Origin: Octopus vulgaris
Taxonomy: Eukaryota
Direction: 5' to 3'
Assembly (NCBI GenBank): GCA_951406725.2
Contig: OX597835.1
Span: 27,590,001-27,654,000, forward strand
DNA length: 64,000 nt
Shown: positions 1 through 12,935 of the stretch, in pieces
How positions within the stretch are numbered: the first letter of the stretch is position 1
How the letters are laid out: every line of letters starts with the position of its first letter
Made by a program: the position numbers and the translations under genes
The notes under the pieces: generated by a model
Databases searched by the model: none
The model's input: only the letters and a program-made list of their open reading frames with translations
Told to the model about the DNA's origin: nothing

Positions 1-1836
1 TAATGCCAACCACTCCGAAAGTGTAGCGGGCGCTTTTACGTGCCATGGGCACGAGGGCCAGTCAGGCAGTACTGGCAATGGCCACGCTCAAATGGTGCTT
101 TTTATGTGCCACGTGCACAGGAGCCAGTCAAGTGGCACTGGCAATATATATATGTATGTACATGGGCTTCTTTCAGTTTCTGTCTACCAAATCTACTCCC
201 AAGGTTTTGGCTGATGCAAGGCTAGAGGGGAAGACACTTGCCCAAGGTGACACACAGTGGAACTGAACCAGGGACCATGTGGTTGGTAAGCAAACTTTAT
301 ACCATGCAACCACACTTGTGCCTATGTTTTTATTCCAAGGGAATTACTAACTACAGTCTTTACCTCTGTTGAGAAAACAACAACAAAAACACGAGTTCGT
401 GCTTTCATTACTATTTTCGCAGTAAGCTCTAATGCAGCAGACCTTTGATTAAAGGTAATACCTTATATCACCTGCATTGCCTAATACGTCTTTTCCTGGT
501 TTAAAACAGTAGGGTGTGGTTTGAGAAAATCATACTAGTATTTCTGGCAGGTCAGTCAAAACTCTCTCCTTGGCACATAGTTACTATCTATTTCTCTTCC
601 TGACCTACTGATATGTATGATGATGATGATGATGATCATGATGATGATGATCATGATGATGATGATCATCATCATTGTCATTATGGTTTTAGCACCAACT
701 TTTCCATGCCTGCATGAGTTAGATGAAATTCGTCAAGGCAGATTTTCTACAAGTGGATGCTCTCCACATCACTAACCCTCAACTGTTTCCAAGTTAAGTT
801 AATATTTTTCCCCATTGCCAGACAAGCTTTCATAAAAGATTTGAAACAAAGGACACTACTTGTGTGATGGTGAAACTCATTCAGAAATATTGCTTGGTGT
901 CAAAAGCAAGGAGACACAAATACCCTCTACCCTACTCTTTTTCCCCCACTATATACGTGTGTTTGTGTGTGTGTGTGATAAATTCCTTTCACTTTCCAGT
1001 TACCAAATCTTCTCAGAAGGCTTTGGTCTGCCTGGGGCTATAATAAAAAACACTTGCCAAAAGTGCTGTGTAGTTGGACTGAACCTGAAACCAGGAGGTT
1101 GGTAAACAAACTTCTTAACTACAGAGCAATGATTTCACTTGAGTTTAAAACTTCCATGCTATTCAGGCTTATAAAGGCTACCCATCGATCATCTATCAAT
1201 AACGGAAACCATATCCTTATAAGAGCCAATTTTTGTATCTCTTTGCTTACAACATACAATTTTTTAGTTACATTCAATAATTGAGCTGCAACTGAAAGTC
1301 ATGCTAAATTAAAACCTAACTGGTTAGATACAGAAATTATATTAAACTATATTTAACTATTACAAAATAAAAATAAATAAATAAATAAAAACTTACAAAC
1401 AAATAATTTGCTAATATTTCATATTTCCAAAACCCATCCCATGTGAGTTAACATTGAAATTGAATATAAAATGTGAAAAACTAAAATTAAATTAAATAAA
1501 TTGATGGAATTTTCAAATTATGCTGATATTTCAACATCCAGAAGGAGTGATATTACTTCAAATTCTGTTTCTAAATCATATATTTTAATAGTTTGCAAAT
1601 GTGAGTAACAAGTTCATTTTCCAAGTGTGGGTAACAAATTTATTTTGCAAGTGTGTGTAACAAGTTTATTATCACCAGCTGTAATATTGTACCAGGGAAT
1701 GCAACATGGGTAACTTTTGAATCAAAGAGGCTATCCTAATTAATAAGCTTAAACCAGCTTTAAACAACAGACAAGTATTACATGAAACAAACTGGCTACT
1801 ATAACACCAGTCTGCATGTGTTAGTACCATTTTCTA

Positions 1837-3105
1837 TCAGGTCATCCCATAAGTTCTGTCCGATTTTACCTTTTTTAAAATTGAATGAAATTTAATAGTA
1901 TTTTAGAATGTCTAATAGAATTAAAAAATATTTTTATTCATTTGTCTACATTTAAACTAATTAAATATTATTTTACAGAATAATAGAATTAAAATTTCTT
2001 TGATTAAAACCCTTTCTAATATGGAAGTATCCAAAGAGCATTTGAAGCACATAATGCTTTATGAGTACAAAAAAAGGAAACTCTGCAGTCAAAGTGGCTC
2101 GAAACATATACTCAGTTTATGGGAAAGAATGCTTGAATGAAAGAACTTGCAGAAGATGGTTTGCAAAATTCAGAAGTGGAGATTTCAGCCTTGAAGATGA
2201 AGATCGAACAGGACGTCCAGTTGAGTTTGATGATAAACTCCTTGAGGCATTACTTGAAGAAAATCCTGTATTATCAGTTGAAGAATTGGCAATAAAGCTT
2301 AGTTCAAACCATACAATTGTTCATTGTCATCTTCAACAACTTGGAAAGGTTCCTAAACTTGGAAAATGGGTGCCTCGTGAATTATCCAAAAGTAACCGCA
2401 AATCCCGAGTTGACATCTGCTCTTCTCTCCATTCTCATGAACTTATTTCACTCTTTTTGGATAGACTTGTGACTGATGACGAAATGTTAAATGCTGTAAA
2501 CAGTGGCTTGGTAAAAGGGAAAAAGCTCAACCACAACCACGAAGGGAACTTCATGGGAAAAAGGTTCTTCTCTCTATCTGGTGGAATTGCAAAGGAGTAA
2601 TTCATTTTGAATTGTTACCACCTAATGCAACTATCAATGCTCAAGTCTACTTTCAGTAATTAGAGTGTTTGAACCAAGCTTTGAAAAGAAGGACCTGCTT
2701 TAGTGAATCGAAAAGGAGTGATGTTTCATCAAGACAATGCATGACCCCACACTGCAAAGATCATATCACAGAAGATTGAAGAGAGCTTGGTTGGGAAAAA
2801 TTCCTCATCCACCTTATTCTCTTGACATTGCTCCTTCAGACTACCATTTGTTTCATAGTTTATAGAATCATTTGGGGGACATAACCTTCGCAAGCCAGGA
2901 GGAGGTCGAAACTGACATTTCAGAGTTCTTCGCTTTGAAACCAAAAGAGTTTTACATTGATGGGATTAAAAAGCTTGTAAATAGATGGAAGGAAGTCATA
3001 GATAATCAGGGAAAGTACATTGCTGACTAAATTTCAATTAAATATAACATTTCATCACTTGTTTTCTTTATTCAAAATTTGGACAGAACTTATAGGATGA
3101 CCTGA
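1837..3105 (+). mobile_element. full-length decayed mariner (Tc1/mariner) transposon, 1269 bp
   Basis: TIRs tcaggtcatcccataagttctgtcc and ggacagaacttataggatgacctga, with TA on both sides (1835-36, 3106-07). Contains a transposase remnant. Confidence 0.95.
2021..3030 (+). pseudogene. mariner transposase pseudogene
   Basis: MEVSKEHLKHIMLYEYKK, frameshift, then GNSA...WFAKFRSGDFSLEDEDRTGRP...GKWVPREL...LVTDDE...HQDNA*PH...HPPYSLDIAPSDYHLF. Several stops and frameshifts. Confidence 0.93.
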
Positions 3106-3330
3106 TACATGTCTGAGCAAAGATAACTTTATTTCATCTCCCCTTTCCCCAACTTGTCCTGATGAAAGGGTTTTAATAACCCTGAAATATCAAAGAAGTA
3201 CAATAAAGCTTCAACTGTAGTTCAATTTTCACTTTTGTATTTCATTCATTTTGCATTGTTTTGGCTTCATCGAACTTTTTGGTTTTCCTCTAACTTAGTA
3301 ACACAATATTTTAACCGAAACTTTTCTATA

Positions 3331-3369
<39 letters not shown>

Positions 3370-4245
3370 ATAAACTACTGCTCTTGGCTGTATTTATCAA
3401 ACAGTTAAAAATGAGAGGAGGCTTTATGAAAACCAAATTAATGTCCATTAAAGAAACAGAGAGAGGGGGAGAGGAGGGAGGGAGAAAGCTTTTGTTAGTG
3501 AATGTTGTTGCAATCTTTTGAGACATTGGAAATGAATACTCTAAGATGACAGTCGGAAGGGTCAGAGGGGTTGTCCTTTTTGGTCTAAGAATAACCCATA
3601 AAACATAGATTCTTCCTTTTTTATATTGCCACTGATCTTTAAGGCCCTGCCAATGACCATTAATACTATTCTTCTATAAAAGGAAAATGTAACGAAAACT
3701 CTGTGGACTACAACTAAGGTTTCCTAGCTCAATTCTAACCTGATGAATGTATGTATGTATGTATCATCATCATAATCATCATTTAACATCCCTTTTCTAT
3801 ACTGGCATGGGTGGGTGGGATGATTTGACAAGAGCTGGCAAACCAGAGGATTGTATCAAGCTCCACTATCTACTTTGGCAATGTTTCTATGGCTGGATGT
3901 CCCTCCTGATGCAACCACTTTACAGAGTGTACTGGGAGATTTTTATATGGCACCATCACCAATGAGGTCACCAAGTGACTTGCAAGAGAAGGCTCCTCAA
4001 GTGAGTGGTATTGAGAGAGGGGGCTTCGTGCCAGGTGATGAGAGGTTAGGGTTAAATAGAGGAATTGAAACAAGTGTCTTTCAATAGAGATGTATGACTA
4101 TCTCAAATGGGACGTGGAACCCTGGAAAACCCCACAGACTGGCCACAGCTCTCTTTATCTAATTACTCTGCTGCTCTATAACTTAGAGTGTACTTCTCTT
4201 TCAGATTTATGATTTGCTGACAATATATATATATATAAATATATA

Positions 4246-4757
4246 GGTGCAGGAGTGGCTATGTGGTAAGTAGCTGGCTTACCAACCACATGGTTCTGGG
4301 TTCTGTCCCACTGTGTGGATTTGGTAGACAGAAACTGAAAGAAGCCTGTCGTATATATATGTGTGTGTGTGCTTGTGTGTATGTTTGTGTGTCTGTGTTT
4401 GTCCCCCACCATCGCTTGACAACCGATGATGATGTGTCTACATCCCTGTAACTTAGCGGTTTGGCAAAAGAGACCAATAGAATAAGTACTAGGCTCACAA
4501 AGAATAAGTCCTGAGGTTGATTTGCTCAAGTAAAGGCTGTACTGCAGCATGGCCACAGTCAAATGACCAAAACAAGTAAAGGAATAAAAGAATATATGAT
4601 GGGCTTCTTTCAGTTTCCATCTGCCAAATCCACTCACAAGGCTTTGATCAACTCGAGGTTATAACTGAAAATGCTTGCTCAGGTGTCATGCAGTGGTATG
4701 GAACCTTGAACCATGTGGTTAGGAAGCAAGCTTCTCACCACACAGCCATGCCTGCAC
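4246..4757. mobile_element. two adjacent, oppositely oriented SINE family A copies
   Basis: + copy at 4246-4590 and - 5' half at about 4596-4757. Confidence 0.8.
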
Positions 4758-5118
4758 CACCATGCCCATATTTAAATCTGATCACAATAATGATGATGAT
4801 GATGTTAGTAAAGTAATAAACCACTTACATAGTTCTTTAAGCATCTAAAATTATTAAATAATCACGAATGGAAGTGCTGTTTATCACTCGGCAGCCAAAG
4901 AATGAAAATAATTGTCACATCAAGATATAAAAATTAAATGAGCCAGCTGGGTTTGATAAAATAAATCAAGAGAAACAGCGATTAATGTGACAAATTTGTC
5001 ATATAGCTGTATGGAGTTTAAGAAAACTAATTCTGGTGTAATACAGGAAAAAAAAAAGCCGCTTATTTTATAATAAATATTCAGCTTATGAATTTCATAG
5101 GATAGCTGCCTGCCTTAC

Positions 5119-5157
5119 AGAACGATGATAGCTGGCTTCCAAATAGAACTAGCTTTT
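5119..5157 (-). other. candidate small exon (39 nt from the distal AG, or 30 nt FYLEASYHRS from the AG at 5149-5150)
   Basis: Long T tract ...gtttttcttatag|AAAAGCTAG|TTCTATTTGGAAGCCAGCTATCATCGTTCT|gtaagg. Confidence 0.3.
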
Positions 5158-5687
5158 CTATAAGAAAAACAAAAATAAAAATAAAAAATAAAATAAAAAT
5201 AAAACATACAGTCTTCAGAGAGTTAGCTGTAGAAATGCTAAGAAATACAATGAAATATTTGGACTTCAGTAAAAACAGATAATCAAGATGTTCTTAGAGA
5301 GAATAAAGATAAGCTTGCCTTTCTTCCCTAGAGATTAAAACAAATGAGATTTAGCTAAATGAAGACTATCTACTTTTTAAATTATTAATGAGAAACTATT
5401 CAAGTAGAGAGTTTGGTCAGGTTTTGTATTTGAATAAATCTTATACTAGTTACTACAATATATATACTAAGTAGACAAGGAGTGGTGATAACTGGAAACA
5501 AAAAGATACTGAAGCAAACCCTTAACCCTTGCAGATGTAGCAATTTCATATTGATGTTTGAAAGATGACCTTATTGCAAGGATATATATATATATATGTA
5601 TGAGTCATCAAAGTGATCATAAGTCAGCGAAGAGATGCACGTGTGTATCTGTCAACAGGGTGGGTATATTATCTGAAATTTATAGTA

Positions 5688-6246
5688 CAAGGGTGAGTCA
5701 AAAAGTAATGCCATTTTGTTTAGGACCGGTATAATTACCAACACAGGAACATGTATCATGCATCAAAATGAAGCTGGTCCTCTGTGGATCACATCCCTAC
5801 TCCTCACCATAGTCACTGATTCTCTCAATAGCAATGTTCTACCTTCAAATGAGAGCATGTATCCCTGCCCTGTAAAATTCTGTTGACTGTTGACTGTTGA
5901 GCCACTCCTTCACTATAGTTTTCACTTCCTCGTCACTGGAATAATGTTTGCCTCTCAAACCCTCTTTCGTTGTGCCGAAGAGATGATAGTCTGATGGCGC
6001 TAAATCTGGTGAGTGTAGAGGTAGAGAAGAAATGGCTCAAAGAACAGTCAACAGAATTTTATGAGGCAGGGATACATGCTCTCATTCAAAGGAGGAACAT
6101 TGCTTTTGAGAGAAATGGTTACTATATTGAGAAGTACGGATGTGATTCACAGAGGACCAGCTTTATTTTGATGTATGATACATATTCCTGTGTTGGTAAT
6201 TATATCTGTCCTAAACAAAGTGGCATGACTTTTTGACTCACCCTTG
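5688..6246. mobile_element. palindromic non-autonomous mariner derivative built from two 3' ends
   Basis: TA-flanked termini caagggtgagtcaaaaagt / actttttgactcacccttg. Left arm on - reads SPDLAPSDYHLFGTTKEGLRGKHYSSDEEVK. Right arm on + reads KKWLKEQSTEFYEAGIHALIQRRNIAFERNGYYIEK. Confidence 0.88.
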
Positions 6247-6248
6247 TA

Positions 6249-6499
6249 TTATATATCCATCATGGCTGGTCTAGCCAATTGGTTTCACATAAAGAATACA
6301 ATGGAGTGTTAAGTAACAATCTGATTATATAACCTTATGCTCATCAGAGTTAGCCGATATGGAAGCAGTTGCTATATTCCCTTCCATATCAGCTAACTCT
6401 GATGAGTATAAGGTTATATAATCAGATGGTTACACAACACTCCATTGTATTCCTTGCACGAAACTGATAGGTAAGATCAGCTGTGATGGATATATAATA
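6249..6499. mobile_element. fold-back of two inverted Penelope-like pLTR copies, each with a hammerhead motif
   Basis: About 115-bp inverted arms around a short spacer near 6367-6380. Each arm carries CTGATGA...GAAAC. Confidence 0.75.
6390..6483 (+). ncRNA. type I hammerhead ribozyme motif
   Basis: Stem I cagctaact/agatcagctg. Core CTGATGA 6399-6405. Stem II gtataagg/ccttgcac. GAAA 6460-6463. Short stem III ct(gata)gg. GTA triplet 6471-6473. Confidence 0.65.
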
Positions 6500-6531
6500 T
6501 TATACATTTTGGATAATATATATATATACTT

Positions 6532-6720
6532 CAATAAAAAGCAACAAAAATATCACAAAAACTGTTACTCAGAGTTTCACGTTCCCATTTGTCAGACACT
6601 GAAACTCTGAGTAACAGTTTTTGTGATTTTTTGCTGCTTTTTAATAGAGCATACTACTCTACTTCTGGTATTCAAGTACTATTTTTTCCCCCTTGTTTTG
6701 CATTTATGTGCTTACTCTGG
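6532..6720. mobile_element. inverted Penelope-like remnant with a degenerate hammerhead
   Basis: About 45-bp inverted arms (...actgttactcagagtttca / tgaaactctgagtaacagt...). Minus strand reads CTGACAA-atgggaacgt-GAAA-ctctgag-TA-acagt. Confidence 0.6.
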
Positions 6721-7595
6721 TGTATATATATATTTGGCATTTGGAAGGGCATCCAGCTGTAGAAACCATGCCAACCCAGACTGAAGCCTGATGCAGTCCT
6801 TCAACTTGCCAGTCCTGGTCAAACCATCCAACCCATGCTAGCACGGACAACAGATGTTAAATGATGATGATGATGTTGATGAATAATTTAAAAGTGCAGG
6901 TTCAACATGACAGCTATTATATGTTTCAATCTGGAAGACAGTGTGGTAACAAGACAGATTTGTATGGCTTGCCATGTATAATCTGAGCATCAAACTTAGA
7001 GTAGCTCACACGTAAATCTTGTGTTTATTAAATGATATTTATCTCTTGCCAGATGGAGTGCTTGGTTTTTACTGATCCTATCAACAAGACAGTACTTTCT
7101 CTCTCTCTCTTTATATATATATATCATCATCATCGTTTAGCGTCCGTTTTCCATATATATGGGTATGGTTTGCAAACAGGAAAAATAGAATTCAAAATAT
7201 GAGTATATGTATCAACATCATTTAACATCCCTTTTCCATGCTGGCATGGGTTGGACAGTTTGACTGAAAACTGGAAAGCCAGGGGGCTGCACCAGGTTCC
7301 AATCTGATTTGGCATGTGTGTTTTTATTAATATTTAGCAGAAGCAACCAAAGTGACCCACAGGCCAATATATATATATATACATATAAATTATCCCTACC
7401 CATTAGAACTCAAACTTCACATTATGAAATGGCTCTGAGGAAGCTATAAGATGGCATATTAGTACTCAACTTTGGATGCACATATAGCAAAAACAGATGC
7501 TAGCTAATGAAGCTGATAATGTTAATTTGCATTTGTCTCTCACTGAATTATTAAAATATATCTTCTGAGGATCTATCTATCTATCTATCTATCTA

Positions 7596-7630
<35 letters not shown>

Positions 7631-9799
7631 CCTCAAGCAATAAGCAAATGAGAAAAAAAGAATTACACTCATCAGGAACTGAATAAGCAAAAAAGACAAA
7701 AATAGAATAAAAACAATCCCTAGCATTTAATGAAAGTTTCTCAGTTTGTGATTAAAATATATTTTCTAACCCCAAAATATAATTTCAGTTGTCTATTTCT
7801 AGAATTATATCTGAATGAATAAAGAAATGGGAAAGAGTTATCTAGGCAAGTGTGCGAGTGAATCTGCTTTATAATCACCAATAATATATTTTGTTCGCTG
7901 ATGCAAAAACAAGGTATTTCTGAAACTGTGTCAAAAGACATAGAAAATTTTAATTGCTTTTTTTTTCAAAAGATAGTGTTAAATATGAGGAAGGGAGATA
8001 ATTGTAATGCAACATTAGATGATTAAGGGTGTGTTGCAGACAATATAAAAGTACTAGACAAGGCATGAAGCAAAAGTAATTTTTTTTTTAACATTCTTAT
8101 TTAAATTATCTTGTTTTCTAAAATTGACTAAAATTGACTACAGATTTAGTTTAAATTCTGTAAAAAGAAAAACATTAAAAAAAAAATAAATAAAAAAAGG
8201 AAACCTAAAATTTAATTTTTAGAAAAGAAAACTTTGTTCTAAGAATTGTTTGAACGAAATGAAATATAGTTATCTTTATTGATAAATGTTATGAATTCAT
8301 ATAAAGATAATATCTTAGAATTTGAGAGAGACATAAAGATAGATAAAGAGAGAGGGGAGAAAGGAGGAGGGAGGGAGAGAGAGTGTGTGCATGAATGTGT
8401 AAAATAGAACATATTTCTTATTGAAATAGATTTTAAGTAATCTGAATTATATTTGTATTTTATCAAAATCTATGTACACACACGAATGCACACAATAAAC
8501 ACAAAGATTAACTTGAATGTATATATACATATAGATAAAAAAATTTATAATATCTCTGATTTATTCAAATTTTAAACCTAAACATCGCTGATTTTAATGT
8601 ATGTAATTTAGTATCACAATACATAAAGCAATTTTAGAAAACAAACAAAAAAACAAACAAACAAAAACAGACTATTGTTTCTTTTTTTTATATATATATA
8701 TAAGTAATGGAACATCCGTTAGAATAATGCAATTGTTAAAGATACAAGAATTTAATGATGAAACAATGCAAAAATCTGTCATTAAGGATCCGTAATGCAA
8801 AAAATGAAAATTCTAGCAAGTTCTAATAACGGCTGCTGAATAATACTTCCTCTCTTTAACACACACCTCTACATACACACACATATATATGTACATTTAT
8901 ACATACATACAAACATATATATATACATAATATACATATATACATACATATATATATATATACACATATATATATATGCATACTCACTTTTCTAGCTAAT
9001 TATTTCCTATATTTAAAACCAATTTCATTCATATCTGCAGAATGCCATAGCATATATATCTACCAACTCACTGAGCCCAAACAGAGAAATGCCATGAAGG
9101 CCTGTGTGCATTTAGGACTGGGATGGGTGATAGGTTCTAAAAAGCATGACAGAAGATTAAAGGGAAATAGAAACAAACGAAAGAAGGGACATAGTTGGAG
9201 TATGAGATGTAAATACATCGTGGTTGATATTTTATAAGAAACTGGAGAAGAATTGAAGGTAATTAATTTCAGGATTGCGGGGACTCAGCATCATATCAAA
9301 TGACCAAGTTTCAATTAAAAATATTTAACTATTTGCATTTTTAAGCTTAAAAAAAACGGATTTGGAAAAAATAAAAACAAAAAAACTGTGAGTCTATATT
9401 AATTGAAATCGTACAGTGAAGTTAATGAGTGTAGATAATTTACTAGGCCAGAGAAAAGAAAAAAAATCTGATGTTCTAGAACTGTCTCTTTGTCTGAGAG
9501 AGAGAAACCATTTCCAATAACAACAATGAAAATCTTCCATTCCTTCCTTTCTTTTTCTGACTCTCAGACAAAGGGATAGTCTGAAATATGAGATTATACT
9601 TCTCCCAATAGCAGAAGAATTATTTGTCTTGTGATATGCGTATTGTTACTACTGACTAGTTAATACTATTTAAGACTATGTATTATTTCTATTTTATTTA
9701 TTCTATTATTTTATTTTGCTTATGAATTAAAATTATTCTGAAGCAAGAATTCTTGCCTCAAATAATTATGAATCTTAGGTATCCCTTGACATTCACCCT

Positions 9800-10580
9800 G
9801 TTCCATCCATCCATCCATTTTTTCTGTCAACTATTCAGGGAGATTAGAAATATTGAATTTCTGAATGTCTCAAAGAGACATAAGCGGTGGTGGAGCAATA
9901 GAGTGGTTGTATAATGTCAGCATAACGGGACAGTCCCGTAAAGGGGGATTACACCACCGCTATTTAGCCCTAGGAAGCATTGACATTTCCTGTCGTCTTT
10001 GACACATTTCCTGTGTCCTAGCTGGTGGGGGTGCTTGCCTCCCCTTCGCAAACATAAGGACACTGGAAATGTGTCAAAGCTGACAGGAGGCATCGATGCT
10101 TCCTAGGGCTAAATAGCGGTGGTGTAATCCCCTTTACGGGACTGTCACGTTATGTTGACATTATACAACCACTCTATTCAGGGAGAGTTGTGAGGATAGA
10201 GTTTTCTGGTGCCTCCTTCAAAGGCTCCTATCAAAAGCAACCATCATTACACTTCTGGCTGGATTTCCAGGCATGACCAACTAAAACCATGGATATTATC
10301 CAACCATCTTGTTCTTGGTCTACCCCTAAGCCTCCTGCCATTTGGCTCAGCTTGAAGAATCCATCTTGCAATTCTTTCCTGTCTCATTCTAATCACAAGT
10401 CTATAATACAGGAGCTGTGACTTCTCATTACAAAGAAGTAGTGGCTTCACTTGGAGAGACTCTCTGATCTTTGAGCTATGCACCTTGTTGTGCAACATTA
10501 TTCCCAAGATCTTTCAGAGGAACCTTATTATGGTTGTTTGTATTCATGATTGGACTCTTTTGGTCATTGACCAACGAACA
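9800..10580 (-). mobile_element. RTE-clade LINE 3' fragment
   Basis: ORF 10247-10507 reads ...VIRMRQERIARWILQAEPNGRRLRGRPRTRWLDNI, a typical RTE C-terminus. (ATGG)n tail near 9803-9818. Confidence 0.8.
9897..10178. mobile_element. palindromic MITE with about 125-bp inverted arms
   Basis: aatagagtggttgtataatgtc... / ...gacattatacaaccactctatt. Arms are near-perfect. Confidence 0.85.
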
Positions 10581-11282
10581 TAGTTATAATAAACAAAATT
10601 TATTTCAAGATTGAAATTAAGAAATATTTAGGAAGAATCTTAAGTTCATTAACTTTTAAATATTTAAACTGGCCATATATGTTCTAGTAGGATAATGAGA
10701 TAGATAAAACTGGTACCAAATCTGAAATATCTATAGGAAAAATTATAAGCAGGATAAGAACCGTAGAGGTCTGATATAAATCTTGAAGCAGAATGAACTC
10801 CACTAAACAGGCCACAGAAACCACATTAGAGATTTTGTCTTTACAAGGTTTTTTTAGGACACAAATAAGCCTGGTTGAGTATATCCCTTTGGGTACTCAA
10901 GGTGTAAGGGACAATGCAGAATAATCCAAGTAGAAGGTGGACTTGTATCGATTATTGAAGAACCAGTTGCAACTCTAAGACAAATTCACAATGAACTATT
11001 CACCAGGATGGTAAAATAGAGGCGAATATTTCCAACACATGATTGATAGCAACATATATGTGTTTGTGTGTATGCACATTATCATAATTGCTTTAACACC
11101 TATTTTTCCATGCTTGCAGGGGTCAAACAAAATTTGTTGATACAGATTTTTTTTATAGCTGGATGCACTTCCTGTCATCAACTCTTTCGTATTTCTAAGT
11201 AGGGTAATATTTCCCCATGGCCTGACATGTTTGTTTTTGCAGAATATTGGAAATGAAAGATACTACTTGTACAGCAGTATAA

Positions 11283-11336
<54 letters not shown>

Positions 11337-11528
11337 ATTGGCAACGCCAATTGTAAAGTAAAATAATCTTATTTTATTTACAAAAGAACTATGCATAGTC
11401 CAGGAAAGATAGGGTAAACGTTTTTATTTCTCTTTCCCTTTCAGAATTACAACTATTAGTGGTTTGGAGTTTAACTGCTCTTTCTAGTGAGTCAGATTTC
11501 CTATTATGGTCATCTCTTATGTGTTTAA

Positions 11529-11559
<31 letters not shown>

Positions 11560-11970
11560 CACACACATATATATGCATGTTTCATGGTGTAGTAAAGGGA
11601 TTAAGGGTTGCATCCAGTTAATCCAAACTATTAAAGCTAGAGAGACTAGGAGAAAGAAACAAGGCAATGACCCATAATACATGATGGCTGGGTTGTCCTT
11701 AAATTGGAGGAAAGGCATGAATTCTTGCAACAAAGCAGAGATATGTAAAAGGCAGCCAAGGGCCAAGTAGATGTTGTGGTGTTAAACAGGGTAACAAATC
11801 AAGTCTACAAGAAAAGAAGTAGACCATCTGATGGTGTTACACACAGATTACTACATGCCTAATTCAATCTCATGCCCACAGTTTAGGGCAAACATAGTAT
11901 GGTGAAAGGCACTTGTCTAGAGAGCTGCTTAGTGGAAATGGAATCAGAACCAAATTATTGCAAAGTAGAC

Positions 11971-12371
11971 AAGTGATTCTCAATCATTTTTTACATATGA
12001 ATCTCCTTGATTACTATTTTATTCCAATCCTGCCATCCCACCCATTGCCATTCCATGTTTAGAAACTAGCTTTATAGATACTTCTGTAAAAAATTTCTAT
12101 TTTGTTAGTCACTCATACACTTGTGTAAATTTGTAATGGAACTCTCTAAGGGAGTTTCAATGGAACTCTCTAAGAGAACGTGTCTCGGTGGCTGGAAATA
12201 TTCTGAAAAAAACTGAGCTGTTCCTTGCAATAAATACATCGAAAGCAAAACTCTTTTCGTGGACTCTTAGAGTACTACTGTGGGTTCCTAACTTATTATT
12301 TTGCTTGTGTGGTCCTCTAAAAATCCTACACAGATTCCCAGGGGTCATATAGATCCCATTTGAGAATCACT
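11971..12371. mobile_element. hAT-like MITE
   Basis: Termini agtgattctcaa / ttgagaatcact. A related decayed copy lies at about 27054-27478. Confidence 0.55.
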
Positions 12372-12594
12372 TTGCTGATAAACCGGTGACATTTACAAAA
12401 AAAAAATTATTGCATTTTAAGTTATCACAAATTAATTGAAAAATATATTTATCAAGACAAATCATTTCAATGAGTTCACATAACAAAACAAATGTCTTGA
12501 CATCTCAGTTAATTAAGATGAATGATAAAAAATACAATAATTGTTGAAATGGAACCCTAGTATTCTAATTCAATTTAAAAAGTGGTGAAAATAT

Positions 12595-12935
12595 TAATTT
12601 TCCAGCATATAAGGTGAAAAATTCCTCCCAAAAGTACCCTTGCACTTTATATGCTTAAGGCCAGGTTTTGGGTAGATTTGGTTGGTATCATTAATGATGG
12701 ACAATATTAGTTATAGAGGGGTCAGTAGTAATATTTGGTAAGTATTGTACGTTAGCTTACCATAATAGCTTACCAAAGTGTGCCATTCTAAATTTTCATA
12801 GCTCCTATACATGAAAATGTGTGAGATATTAAGCTAGGGAATTTGGGGTTAGCTGTGATTTTTCTATGCAGATTAGGCTTTCTAAAATTGGGGTGCACCT
12901 TATACATCCATGCATCTTATATGCCCGAAAATATA
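12595..12935. mobile_element. Tc1/pogo-like MITE remnant
   Basis: Imperfect TIRs ttttccagcatataaggtg / catcttatatgcccgaaaa. Confidence 0.5.

Larger units (their letters stand above)
1670..3300 (+). mobile_element. Penelope-like element 3' remnant interrupted by the mariner
   Basis: 1724-1780 reads KEAILINKLKPALNNRQVL (GIY-YIG C-terminal motif). After the mariner there is a hammerhead-like core CTGATGA-a-agggtt/aaccct-GAAA (3159-3187), then AATAAA. Confidence 0.6.
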
